A DNA stretch of 64,000 nucleotides, from assembly GCA_964016885.1 (NCBI GenBank), contig OZ024741.1, positions 75,392,001 through 75,456,000 on the forward strand, in the 5' to 3' direction. The translations under genes were made by a program, and so were the position numbers. Under the pieces are notes generated by a model. That model ran no database searches, was not told the DNA's origin, and worked only from the letters and a program-made list of their open reading frames with translations. This DNA comes from Eledone cirrhosa. Taxonomy: Eukaryota. Shown piece after piece: positions 12,962-25,529 of the stretch (position 1 is the stretch's first letter; each line of letters starts with the position of its first letter).

Positions 12962-13534
12962 CACATGCCATGTATAGGGGAGCAGTCAGCAAAGTTAGGA
13001 TTAGCAATGAGTATAGCGAGGAATTTAGCATACAGGTTGGTGTCCACCAGGGCTCTGTTCTTAGCCCTCTCCTGTTCATCATAGTCCTGCAGGCAATAAC
13101 GGAGGAGTTTAAGAACTCCTGTATGCAGATGACCTGGGATGAGGTGATAAAAGCCAACCTTACCCAATTACACCTCTCAAAGGCGATGACACACGACCGT
13201 GACCTCTGGCGTCACGCAGTAATACAGATTACCCGACCTCCCATGGGTACAAGCTGAAGCATATAGACAATATGCCCCCACACCCTCCCTCTGCAAAGTG
13301 GTCGTGGAGGTGCCACGGCAAAAAAGCACCCAGCCCCCACTGTAAAGTGGACGTGTAGGCGACACGGAAAAAAAGTACCCAGCACTCACTGTAAGTGCGG
13401 TTGGTGTTAGGAAGGGCATCCAGCTGTAGAAATCAAGCCCAAATCAGTTCCTGTATGAGCAACAGGACAACCCGTCTAACCCATGCTAGCATGGAAGAAC
13501 GGACGTAAAACGGTGATGATGATGATGATGATGA
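12962..13534 (+). mobile_element. Internally deleted RTE LINE
   Basis: ORF 12970-13257 fuses the RT segment (VGVHQGSVLSPLLF) directly to the C-terminal TWDEVIK; 3' UTR and (GAT)n tail. Confidence 0.9.
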
Positions 13535-13835
13535 CATCGCTAAAGACAGAGAGAATTGAGTCTGTTCAATAAAGTAGAAAAAACATTTGGATATATACAT
13601 ATATATTTTCATCTTCACACAGAACTACTCACATTTTGTGTAAATAAAACATTTATCAGTTCAGCAACATTAATTATAGGTTTGAATATTTGAATAAAAT
13701 GCATTCCAAAGCTATTGGTTTCAAACTATCGACAGTCGATCCACTTTCATCGAATCAAATCAAACCGTGGAAACAATGTTTCCATTGGTCTTTCCAACTC
13801 CTAATATTATCTATTAGTCGCAACTCCAGGCAGAA

Positions 13836-13956
13836 GGAGCAACATGAAATAAAGTGTCTTGCTCAAGGACATAACATATCACGTGGTTCGGGAATTGAAC
13901 TCACAACCTTATGATTGCGAATCCAATTCTCTAATCACTCAGCCACGTGCCTTCAC
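13836..13956 (-). mobile_element. tRNA-derived SINE (family B) head/core
   Basis: Minus strand gtgaaggcacgtggctgagtg...gagttcaattccc...gagcaagacactttatttc. Confidence 0.8.
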
Positions 13957-14282
13957 TTTCAAACTATGGGTATTGAAAATGGCAATGAAAATATGTAAGA
14001 AAAAATAATAAATGAGATAGAAATTTTTGTTCAATAAAACAATATTATCAGAATTAATAATTTGGCATATTTAAAAAGACTCATTAAATTTTCCGAAATC
14101 GAGCCAAGAAATAAGGATATTGAAAAATTATATATTATGGTTTATTTCCTTTAATATTTCAACACATATCAACTACTGAACTGTATCGTTTTACAAAAGC
14201 TTAACAAGGAGAAATGTGTTGACCTGTTATGTATGTCATGTTTCATGTTAGATTAGAATAAAATAAGTATAAATATACTGCC

Positions 14283-17200
14283 TATATATACATAAATTTC
14301 GATATGATGGATGGACTAAGGAATTTCTGGAGAGCCTGAAGAATCTGGACACTCGAAGATAATGCCAAAGATAACGACAAATTCACCTCATACTGCCGGA
14401 CGAAAGGGCAAGGCCCCCTCCTCTTTCTTGCAGCCGCGGATGGCCAACATAACCCCAACCCCATCCCCATCACCCCTCCCTGCGCCTCACCCACCAAACG
14501 CAATCCAAAACTTCAGAGTTGGTACCATAAATGTAGGCACCTTAAAAGGCCGCTCTAACGAGGTTGTAGAAATGCTTCAACGTAAGGTCGTTGATGTTTG
14601 CTGTATCCAAGAGATCAGGTGGAGGGGCGGGTCTGCTAAATTCATTGTGGGTAAAAAACGATGCTATAAACTTTTCTGGGTGGGAAATGACAATGGGCTG
14701 GGTGGGGTAGGAATCATGTTAGCAGAAAAATGGGTCGATAAGATAATAGACGTAAATAGAGTGAATGATAGAATAATTAAAATAAGACTTGTTCTAAATA
14801 GAACTACTGTGACAGTAATATCTGCGTACGCACCCCGATCCGGACTGCCTGGCGCTATAAAAGACAGATTCTATGAGACACTGATGCTCACTACCTCCCA
14901 AATAACCGACAGTGACTATATAATTATTGCTGTTGACCTAAATGGTCACATTGGACAACATTGTGACGGTTATAATGGAATCCACGGAGGCTATGGGTTT
15001 GGTACTAGGAATGAGGAAGGCTCCAGAATCCTGGAATTCTGTGATACAAATAACCTAACTATCTGTAACACTAACTTCAAAAAATGAGACAATCACTTGA
15101 GCACCTACAGATCAGGGGAACATACCAGCCAGGTAGATTATATCCTTACCAGAAGACGTGACAGAGTGTCTGTTGTAAACACTAAATCCCTTTCGACAGT
15201 AAGGAAGAGCATTTAGAGTCGTACAATATAGAGGAATAGTGGGAATTCCTGAAAGCAAACCTGTTGATGGCGGCAGACAAAGTCTGTGGCTGGAGCAGGC
15301 CTATAGGCAGGAGGGGAGTAACATGGTGGTGGAACAGTAAGGTGGAGGAGTCAATTAAGGCCAAAAAGCAGGCTTGGAAAGTATGGCGGGATGGGGGAAG
15401 TAGAGAAGACTATCAAGTGGCCAAGAGGAAAGCTAGGAGACAAGTGTACTTCGCAAGAAGGAAAGCAGAGGAAAGAAAGTTCAAGCATGTTCTACAACGC
15501 GAGGACCAAAAACGTGAGGTGTTCAGGATTGCTAGGCAATGTGTCAAGGAAAACCGTGATATTGTCGGGGAGAAGTGTGTAAACTTGCCATCACTGACGC
15601 TGATAAGAAGGTAGCTTGGAAGTGTCACTACGAAAGGCTACTAAATGAGGAGAATAAATGGGAGAAAGACAGTCTGCCCCACATCGACCCAATAGAGGGA
15701 CCAGCAGTGTTAGTCGAAGGTAGTATAATAAGTAAGGCAATCAAAGATATGAAGACGGGTAAGGCGGCTGGGCCTTCGGAAATAGTTGCTGAAATGCCGA
15801 AAGCTTCTGGAACCGTGGGACACACTATGGTCACCCGGATAGTAAACCAAGTCATACAGAATGGGGTTGTTCCGAAGGACTGGCGTAGCAGCATCATCAT
15901 TAACTGCTACAAGGGTAAAGGAGATGCCCTAGATCGGAGTAACTATAGAGGCATTAAATTAATCGACCAGGTCATGAAGGTCACAGAAAAAGTAATAGCG
16001 CAACTAATCAGAGAGAGAATTGATCTAGATGAAATGCAGTTCAGGTTTGTGTCAGGTAAAGTACCACAGACGCTCTTTTCATTGTACGACAACTGCAGGA
16101 GAAGTACCTAACTAAAAGTAAACCCCTATACTTAGCTTTTGTCGACTTGGAGAAAGCCTTCGACAGAGTCCCCCGTTCCATTATCTGGTGGGCTCTTAGA
16201 AAACTAGGTGTTGATGAATGGCTTGTGAGAGCTATACAAGCCATGTATAAAGAAACAGTCAGCAAGGTTAGAATTAACAACGAATATAGTGAAGTGTTTA
16301 GCGTAAAAGTTGGTGTTCATCAGGGCTCCGTTCTTAGCCCCCTACTATTTATTATTGCCCTTCAGGCTATAACAGTGGAGTTCAAGACTGGCTGCCCATG
16401 AGAACTCCTATACGCAGATGATCTAACGCTCATAGCTGAATCAATGGCCGAACTAGAGAAGAAACTCCAAACATGGAAGCACGGCCTAGAATCAAAAGGC
16501 CTTAAAATTAACCTGTCTAAGACTAAAGTTCTAGTTTGTAGGAAGGAAAATAGGGCACCGGTCCCATCCGGGAAGTGTCCATGCTCAGTGTGTAGGAATG
16601 GAGTAGGTAGAAACTCCATTTTATGTCCCAAAAGCAAAGAATGGGTGCATAAAAGATGTAGTGGGATCACAGGTAAGCTAACTAAGAACATAGATTTTAT
16701 ATGTGGCCGGTGCTCTGGTGCAATAAGTAGCAGCAAGTGCCCACAGAATACTAGCTCACTCCATTGCACAGATGGTTCTATACAAATAGTGGACAGCTTC
16801 CGTTACCTGGGTGACAAAATCAGCAGTGGGGGAGGGTGCTCTGAAAGTACAGTAGCTAGAGTCAGAACTGGATGGAAAAAGTTCAGAGAGCTTATACCAC
16901 TATTAGCCGCTAAAGGGTTCTCCCTAAAAATGTATGATGCCTGCATACGAACAGCAATGTTGCATGGCAGTGAGACCTGGGCATTGTGTGCAGAGGATAT
17001 ACGCAGACTGGAGAGGAACGAAGCTTGCATGCTCCGCTGGATGTGTAATAGTAATATACGTGAACGGCAAAGCATAAACGAACTAAGGGAAAAATTAGAA
17101 ATAAGAGGGATCAGATGTTTTTTACTCGAGAGAAGACTACGTTGGTATGGTCACGTGATGCGCATGAAAGACGACAGCTGTATAAAAAAGTGCAGGGCAA

Positions 17201-17718
17201 TAAAAATAGACGGTAGCCACGGAGTAGGCAGACCCAGAAAAACCTGGGATGACTTGATAAATTCCGACCTCACACACTTACACCTCTCCAAGACAATGTC
17301 ACTTGACCGAGACCTTTGGAGCTACACAGTAATAGAGAAGACCCACCTTACCTAAGTACAAAGTGAAACCTACTACAGTCAGTAGGCACCTCTAACTAAA
17401 TGCACCCCCGTCCCACTACCCCCACCCAATGCACACAACCCCTTTCAATGTAAAGTTATGTTGGTACCACAACATCCAGCCTGAAACAAATGAGGTCGTG
17501 TAGGTGTCACGACAAAAAAAAACACACAGTCCATGCTGTAATGTGGCCGTGTAAATGTAGCTGTAAATGTGGTTGGTGTTAGGAAGGACATCCAGCCGTA
17601 GAAAACCCGCCAGACGGTCCTATGTGAGCAAGACAACCACTCTTGCCTCAAGTGGGAAAACTCCCGTCCAAACCCATGCAAGCGTGGAATGTGGATATTA
17701 AACGATGATGATGATGAT
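14283..17718 (+). mobile_element. Near full-length RTE-clade LINE (APE endonuclease + RT + PHD finger), pseudogenised
   Basis: EN ORF 14362-15087 (GTINVGTL, CCIQEIRW, SAYAP, DLNGHIG); RT pieces 15264-16401 (NYRGIKL, FVDLEKAFD, QGSVLSP, YADD); 16444-17355 C-terminus; internal deletion near 15183; (GAT)n tail. Confidence 0.95.
14362..15087 (+). pseudogene. RTE apurinic-like endonuclease domain
   Basis: Exo/endo/phosphatase motifs in the ORF; premature TGA. Confidence 0.9.
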
Positions 17719-19299
17719 ACATATATATGTGTGTGTGTGGGTGGGGAGGGGTGAGTATACATGCACATACGTAAACTTGGAAAATTTTAGGTGTCATCAG
17801 GTTTAAAAATAACAAAGACATAATGTCTGTTATAATGGCACCCCTCACCCCGATGATTCTAAGGAATCAGTGATCAATATATATAGTATACATTGGAATT
17901 ATCTGACATTGGCATTATCAGTAAGAAAATTTTAGATAAAATCATCCCACAGATTAAACACAAGATATACCTTAAACAATGGGGAAATACGGGTGAAGTT
18001 ATTGAATGGTTGAAAGATATCAAGAATAACAAGGACAAAAAATGTATTCAATTTGATATCAATTCATACTACACCTCTATTTCCCCTATCCTATTAAATA
18101 AGGCACTAATCATGGCCATGAACAATAGCGACCTGACTAGAACCCAGATTGATGTCATCCTTGCGGCCCGTAAAACCATAATCACCTTTGAAGACCAATT
18201 ATGGACCCGCAAGGATACGCACAACAACTTCGACATAACCATGGGGTCTAGTGACTCGGCGCAGGTCACTGATTTGGTCGGCCTATACTTACTTAATGAA
18301 ATCCATAAGGACCTTCCATACCTCAACGGTGGTTTGTACCGCGACGATGCACTTCTACTTATAGAATATAAAAAATTCAATATAGAAAGAACTAGAAAAC
18401 TATTGCATAGGACATTCAAAAACTATAACCTTAGTATCACCATGGACAAAAACACTAAAAACGTTAACTTCCTAGACGCCACACTATACCTAGACTCAAA
18501 GATATATACACTTTTCCATAAGCCTAACGAAAAACTCATTTACGTAGATACCAAGTCTAACCACCCTAGATCAGTATTAAACTCTATCCCTAAGGGGGTA
18601 TCCAATATAATCTCTAATCTATCCTATGACGCAAACATATTTAGCAAAAACTCGCAATATTATAATCAAGCATGAGCTAGATCTGACCATAATATAGAGA
18701 TTGAGTTCCTACCTACGAAAACACATAGCTACAACATTATCTCGCACAATATGTTCATGAGGAAACCTAGTAATAAGAATAGCATCCACACACACACTAA
18801 AACGGAGGATGCCATCAAAAGTAACCCTTACCACAAAACTACCGTAGTACCTTAAGAGGAAACAACACACCAAACACTAAAAACAAAAATAGAAGAAGAA
18901 ATAATACATTTTTCAACCCTCCTTTCAACCTAAACGTCTCTACCAACATACCTAGGGCTTTCTTCTCACTACTAGATAAAAACTTCCCTCTAGAACACAA
19001 GTACCATAACCTTTTAAACAAAAACACTATTAAAATCTCCTACTCTACGACGCCTAACATAGCATACCACATAGCTAGTAGCAATAAAAGAAAAATTAGT
19101 TCTTGCTTCCAACAAACTAAATCGCAGCAGGGGGTAAACCCTCAAAATAACTCTGTAGCAAGTAACCCTAGTAACGGCAGTAATAGTAGTAATAGCACTA
19201 GTATAAGCAATAACACCGGGGACGACAACCCCCATATCCAAAATCCTATAGCTACCACCCGGACTTCTACACATTTTAACCAACAGACTAGCACCCAGA

Positions 19300-19733
19300 A
19301 TAATTGTAACTGTAGAGCAAATAGAACCTGCCCTTTAGATAAGAAATGCTTAATCAAGGATATCATATACTCATGCACCGTCACAACTAGCAACTCTTCA
19401 GAATCCTATGTAGGCTCCACGTCTAGCTGCTTCAAAACCAGGTATAATTCGCACATCCACTCATTCAAAAAACACAGTCTAGCCAACTCCACCTCACTAT
19501 CTAGCTACATACACTATCTAAAAACTAAAAATAAATCTTACACACTTAAATGGGAAGTGATAGGTAGCGCGACTTCGTACAAACCACCTAATAAATTTTG
19601 TAATCTCTGTCTACTAGAGACCCACACTATTATCTTCTCTAACCATAACCTACTTAACAAAAAATCTGAAGTGTTCGCGACTTGCCAGCACCGCTTCACA
19701 CATTCCTTCCAAAACTTTAAACCCTATATATAG
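19300..19733 (+). pseudogene. GIY-YIG endonuclease of PLE (open frame without start codon, absent from the ORF track)
   Basis: Manual translation NCNCRANRTCPLDKKCLIKDIIYSC...YVGST...FKTRYNSH...FCNLCLLE...LLNKKSE. Confidence 0.9.
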
Positions 19734-21156
19734 CAATGTCAGATTTGAACCAGGCACCACCTCTAGCATCGAACACTAAGGGCACACCCTATACCACCTC
19801 CCCACACTCATTGATCCAATATAACACTAATAGTGACATCCCTCTAGAACCTTTCACAGTAGGAATACCCCTTTGTACATCTACTTTCGGTGTGACTGCA
19901 TCCAGTTGCTTGAACTGCATTGCACCACTATTTAATTAATGTATAATTAAAACATTAAATTGATTGTATTGTTGGTGCTCTGTGGATGAAGTGCCATCGT
20001 TGGATAAATGAAAGACTAATTAATTTATTAACATTGATGAGCTATATAACCTGTGTGCTGGGTGCAGTGAATGAAATGCAAATGGCATATGAGTTGTACA
20101 TATATGCAGGAATTGAAGCTCGGATTAGTGACATGATAAGTGTGGATTGACCTCTGGTCTACCTTAGTGATAGTTAACTTTTGACATCCAATGTGACATG
20201 CACTGACCCAGAGCTCACCAGGGATTATTGTAGATAGAAGTGATTCTATAATAACCCTGCCAGGTTCTATGAGTAGACTACAATTACAATGATCATTGAT
20301 TTGGAAATCTGGCTCATCGTGTGAAATATTCAATGGTGGCACTCTATAATGGAGGATGATCACCCTAATATGAACACCATTAATACTTCTTGATAGACTA
20401 CATTATAGTTAAGACACTTTAATTTTTTAGAAACTGTATATAACCATACAAGATAGGGACTATTTTGAGACACCATTTAATATTTAGTCATAGAAATCAC
20501 TGAGTTACCTCCCCTCACGCATTAACTCCCCTTAGTCACACACACACTTCCGGAAAATAATTCGATGCTGATTCTCGCAACTTAACAACCTGCTATATTG
20601 AGCTAAAGACCAACAAACTACGATACTCTAACAGAATCGCCAAACGTCCAATATTGAATCGTCGTAGATTATGTGAGGGGGCATATAATCTGGATATTAT
20701 GCTCCCCGGACTGTGAAAATGGTGCTGTACATGGAATCCATATCATCGCTTTGCTACACATTGCCAATATTTAATATTTATAATATTTCTCCACGCACAT
20801 GCTTCTATAAAATTCGTATAAAGGATTCATTACCAGTTCAACCCCCTTAACACTCTTGTTCGCCCGTTTAAGTGCTTCTATTGCATGTAACACTCTGCCG
20901 CACTATACCATTATATAAACAAGACACACGTGTAACTATTGCACTCAATAACTGCTTATGACTATCCTATCGCATTAATTTCATGTTGTATTTTAATCTT
21001 AATTTTTGATTTTTCCTCTTTTGATATGAATGTAACCTTTAAATGTATACTGCCACACTAAACATTATAATGATTGTCGACCTACCAAGCAACAATGTTT
21101 GCATATATCTCTTGGGTTGAAAAGGAGGTCATATTTGTGATCATCCATTAATAAAT

Positions 21157-21203
21157 TGCTCCGAAGAATGCAAACCTCGGTTTGGAGGAAACAATTGTAA
21201 GCA
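21157..21203 (+). ncRNA. Degenerate hammerhead motif at PLE 3' end
   Basis: TGCT-CCGAAGA-atgCAAACCtcGGTTTGgag-GAAA-CAATTG-TA-AGCA; core has U>C change. Confidence 0.6.
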
Positions 21204-21250
21204 TATAAAGGATTTGATCAGAACTTTGATTCTTATAACTTATATATATA

Positions 21251-21646
21251 TAGTCAGGCTCGATCGATACAGATCAAACCTTGAGCTGATCAATCGCGAA
21301 ATGCGTGTCACACCACAATAAATGTAATGATAATTTGGATATCCAAACTGAACCTGAACCGATAAGGTCTAGTTTCTTGGGTACGTCAACATTTATAAAA
21401 CAAATTTTGTATTTTATCTGATGAGAGCGTACCAGAATTTTGGTACCCTTGAAATATATATAATAAAATAAATATGGTTTTATAAATATAGTTTCCATTT
21501 ATTAATATCATTGATATATATATATATATAATGTTGACGTACCCAAGAAACTAGACCTTATCAGTTCAGTTTGGATATCCAAATTATCATTACATTTATT
21601 GTGGTGTGAGACGCATTTCACGATTGATCAGCTCAAGGTTTGATCT
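21251..21646. repeat. PLE-tail module with ~120-bp inverted repeat (21271-21392 / 21530-21646) around a hammerhead and (TA)n
   Basis: agatcaaaccttgagctgatc...gggtacgtcaacatt versus aatgttgacgtaccc...gctcaaggtttgatct. Confidence 0.88.
21411..21469 (+). ncRNA. Minimal type I hammerhead ribozyme, apparently intact
   Basis: ATTTTAT-CTGATGA-GAGcGTACCAGaattTTGGTACcCTT-GAAA-TATATA-TA-ATAAAAT; predicted cut after 21462; AATAAA overlaps the 3' strand. Confidence 0.82.
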
Positions 21647-21660
21647 ATATATATATATAT

Positions 21661-21859
21661 ATAGGAAAAAGTATGACCCCGACGGCAGAGCTGAAGCCGT
21701 TTCGACGGCTATTTCTGGACTGAGTCCAGAAATAGCCATCGAAACGGCTTGAGCTCTGCCGTCGGGGTCATACTTTTTCCTATTTCCCACTCTACTACCC
21801 TAAGTATTGAGTACCCTGGTGCGTTATGGTCCATCTGGTTCCTTACCACAATTCCTTTG

Positions 21860-21862
<3 letters not shown>
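21661..21862 (+). mobile_element. Fold-back PLE-tail-like module: ~61-bp-arm hairpin (apex 21722) plus unique tail, between (TA)n tracts
   Basis: 21661-21721 is the reverse complement of 21723-21783 with ~2 mismatches; same family at 38561-38760 and 59645-59697. Confidence 0.8.
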
Positions 21863-21935
<73 letters not shown>

Positions 21936-22046
21936 AATTTATATCTAGTAACATATATATACATACAAATGCATATCGATGCTAGCAAATATATAGGTTT
22001 TGTCTTAATAACATTGTGGTTCAATGCATGGGGTTGCAGAACAATA

Positions 22047-22145
22047 ATATAAGAGACGTAAGATAAGAAAATTATAAAATTAACTTACTTACTAAAATAT
22101 ATTTTAGTAAGTAAGTTAATTTTATAATTTTCTTATCTTACGTCT

Positions 22146-22152
<7 letters not shown>
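22047..22152. repeat. Perfect 106-bp spacerless palindrome abutting (TA)n
   Basis: atataagagacgtaag...actaaaata|tattttagt...cttacgtctcttatat, centre 22099/22100. Confidence 0.95.
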
Positions 22153-22240
<88 letters not shown>

Positions 22241-22242
<2 letters not shown>

Positions 22243-22911
22243 TATATTATATTTTGAGAATAAACTCTCAGTCGTTTACAATAATCAAGCTCCAAGAAAA
22301 GGGGCATTTCCGAGCAGTTAAATACATTAAAATATATGATAAACTCGAAACGTGTTTGCATTGCAACAGACAAAGTTAGCTATTAATGAAATAAACTAAT
22401 TAAAGTGAATACAATTTGTCTGTCTCGATACAAGTCAATAAAGACAAGCTTATATTGGCAACGGCCATGATTCCTGGACAGATTTAAATTTCAAAATCCA
22501 AACCTGTTCCGTAGACGAATTTGAACCTCGAAACCTAAATCCGTTTCGCAACGGTGGTATGTGAATTGAAAAATAAAGAGAATCGAAATGGAATTGAAAT
22601 AAAAAGTGAAATACCCAAATCTGCTGTGCTTATCAACAGGAATCCAGTAAAATTAGTACATCTCACATCAAAAATTTTGCAGGTCTGACTACACGTGTGT
22701 AGACAGGCCAAACTAGCCGTCCCGCATTCCCGGTGCTAGAAATAACAGCCATTTATGCGGGATTAAAGATCAGCTCTACAGTTAAGGAGCAATATACTAT
22801 ATTATATTTTGAGAATAAACTCTCACTTGAATTAGTTTATTTCATTAATAGCTAACTTTGTCTGTTGCAATGCAAACACGTTTCGTGTTTATCATATATT
22901 TTAATGTATTA
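22241..22911. repeat. (TA)n-flanked module with internal direct repeat (22241-22270 / 22796-22825) and inverted repeat (22321-22407 / 22824-22910)
   Basis: actatattatattttgagaataaactctca occurs twice; aatacattaaaatatatgataaac...ataaactaatt is inverted at the right end. Confidence 0.8.
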
Positions 22912-23761
22912 TATATATATATATTAATATTTTGATTAATACATAAAATAATGAATCATATTTTCTGAAATATATATATATAACATTTTGTTTAATACTT
23001 AAAATAATTAATCATATTGTCTGACAAATATATATATTCATATGAACTTAAGAAAATTAACAAAGAAAGGACAAAACAAAATGAAAAACAACTTTTTAAG
23101 GAAAAAACCTTAAAAAATTATTTTTTTAAATAAATATATAAATGTAGGACACAGAACTCTATGAGCATCGACCGTTGAGATGGACTTGGGCAGTTTCAAC
23201 CCTTTCCAAAGGTACTGCTGGTCCATCACAGCATCTGACATAAGCCAAACACTATCCAGAGGAGTAAGAGATGAAAGACAAAACATTAATTTATAACTGT
23301 TAATTTTGTGTGATGTTAGGGAAAATGTCTGGTGCCTCTCATAGTACGTGAACACGAGAGAAAGTAAGAAAAAAAAGCAAGAAGGAGAGATTAAGGTATT
23401 GTGTTAGAAAATGTAAGCCTTTACACTAAATGGGGGAGAAGAGAAAAACATGTTCATTCTTGAAGGCCCTTCGTCACTTGAAATGTTTATAAACCGAAAC
23501 TATTTTTCCCATATGTTGAAATACAGAGAGAGAGAGAGACTGTGTGTGAAAAACAGATAGATATCAGCATAGTAATTAACTAGACAGCAAGAGACACTTT
23601 CTCACCAATACTCCAAGGTTGTTGCCAGCTATTGTTGCCAGCTTGCATGTTCATTACTCAAGACAGCATTTGGAAACTGAGAAGTTATATGTTCAGAAAC
23701 ATTGTTCACGAACCGATTTGTTCATGATTAGAGGCATTTCTGAATCAAGTTTCCACTATAT

Positions 23762-24282
23762 ATGATGGCTGCCCCCTCGTTATCAAGTATGGCCATTGCA
23801 CGATATGCCATTATTAATAATTATTAATTAATTCTATCGTTGGGCGGTGAATTGGCAGTATCGGTAGAGGCTCGGACATGCTTTCCAGCATAGTTACGTC
23901 CCTTTATGATCTGAGTTCAAATCCCGCCGAGGTTAACTTTGCCTTTCATCCATACGGGGTCGATAAAATAAAGTACCAGTAATGTACTGGTTATTTGCTG
24001 GCCTTGTGCCAAAAGTAGAAACAATTAATTAATTCTATCGTTCAATGCCTGTGCGTGAAGATATTTTTTAAAGTAAGGAAAGACTGTGCACTGAGCCAAT
24101 CCCACTCTCTGAGCGACAGTAGTTATAACCCGAAAAGAAGAAAAGATCAACATCATCGGTAACTATTGAGCCGCAGGTTTTATATCGGAGTTATCTCAGT
24201 TTCCTGAGTTGCCTTCTCCTAGAAGAATGTCCTGACAAAGGCTAGGGGTCCTTCACTCCCAGTGGTTTAACCGCGCGGTACA
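23762..24282 (-). mobile_element. Probable RTE-type LINE 5' UTR fragment, interrupted by a SINE
   Basis: Minus strand ccctagcctttgtcagg...ctaggagaaggcaactc resembles the conserved RTE 5' UTR motif (from memory). Confidence 0.5.
23842..24023 (+). mobile_element. Full-length tRNA-derived SINE (family A) with 19-bp TSD
   Basis: A/B boxes; TSD attaattaattctatcgtt at 23823-23841 and 24024-24042. Confidence 0.93.
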
Positions 24283-24374
24283 TATATATATACATATTTA
24301 CACAGCTTTGGATGGCCGTTGACTCTTATGAGTTTTTCCGCCCTATGTATATATATATATATCATATATCATTA

Positions 24375-24404
24375 TCTATAAAAGGCAGATTGTTGTTGTT
24401 GTTG

Positions 24405-24462
<58 letters not shown>

Positions 24463-25529
24463 ATGTTCCATGTTTATACATTTGCATAATTTCAAACCCA
24501 TTCGACTCAAAGTCTGTAAGAATGTTGTAAATGGTCTGACTTAGGTCACTAACTATTTATTTCATTCAAACTCACCCACAATTATGGAAATAATCGATAA
24601 AACTAAATACATGACGTTTTACTCCTCTAATAGAATCTGATTACTTCTCTCTACTCCCTTTAAAATTCGATAAAACTACATACATGCTTACAAACTTCCT
24701 TTAGGAACGCCGAAGAGAAAGAGAGAAGAGAGTGAGAGGGAGAGAGAGAGAACGTTTGTTTTTGAGTGTGGAACGGTCAAACATTTTTTTACTTCAATGA
24801 CAAAGAGAACTTATTACATTTCATACGAAACAACAATTATTCAAAAGCAACAGATAAATTTATTCAACACCAAAAAAAATAGCGATAAATCTTTTTTAAA
24901 ACCTCTCAACGAACGTGGAAGAAAGAAGTATCAGTTTATTTACTATACACAATAATATACTCTATGAGGTCACTAAACCTGCTAGAAACAGCAGCTAACA
25001 CTCCCCCATATCACACCCCTACCTACTATCTTAAATTTAGAAAACATATCCTCTATGAGGTCACTAAATCTGCTAGAAACAGCAGCTAACTCCCCCCCCC
25101 CCTATCACACCACTCCTTACTGTCTTAAATTTAGAAAACATATCCTCTATGAGGTCACTAAACCTACTAGAAACAGCAGCTAACTCTCCCCCATATCACA
25201 CCCCTCCCTACTGTCTTAAATTTAGAAAACACACATTAGACAACCATGCAGAACAACTCCATCGCAGCTCTGTTGTTCGGCTGGCCTCGTCTACGCGCGT
25301 GTTGCGCAAGTACTGTGAAACGATAAATTTCAACACTTCTTTGCACAGAGATAATATCCATAGGCGAAACTACAATTGTCACTGCTGGTGCAGCTCCTGC
25401 TTCGGCAGTCCAGGTCTGCAATTCATTCACCCAGTGCCTAGCAGACAAAAAAGTGCTGCCATAAAATGGGTGGTGCAACCTAACTTTGGTAACTTACTGA
25501 CCCCAAGCAACGCCGGGCTTTAATGCTAG
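24375..25529 (+). mobile_element. Non-autonomous Helitron with 5' microsatellite
   Basis: A|TC 5' end (tctataaaaggcag then (TTG)n(TG)n); 3' GC-rich hairpin ccccaagcaacgccggg followed by CTAG|T; no TSD. Confidence 0.7.
24960..25232. repeat. Three tandem ~90-bp units inside the Helitron
   Basis: ctctatgaggtcactaaacctgctagaaacagcagctaac...cttaaatttagaaaaca x3. Confidence 0.92.

Larger units (their letters stand above)
17890..21240 (+). mobile_element. 5'-truncated Penelope-like element (Naiad-like): RT, GIY-YIG, ~1.5-kb 3' region with hammerhead remnant
   Basis: ORF 17893-18675: QFDINSYY, FDITMGSSDSAQVTDLVGLYLL, GLYRDDAL, VNFLD, SNHP; thumb FFNPPFNLNVSTNI; GIY-YIG at 19300-19733; ends in (TA)n. 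Confidence 0.92.

Noticed and set aside
18673-18675. In-frame TGA in the PLE ORF as possible selenocysteine (known for some Naiads)
   Set aside because: Falls in YNQA*ARS where Leu rather than Cys is expected; the element has other lesions; no SECIS recognised
23640-23760. Possible Tigger/pogo-like terminal repeat
   Set aside because: Only one degenerate end seen; no matching TIR found
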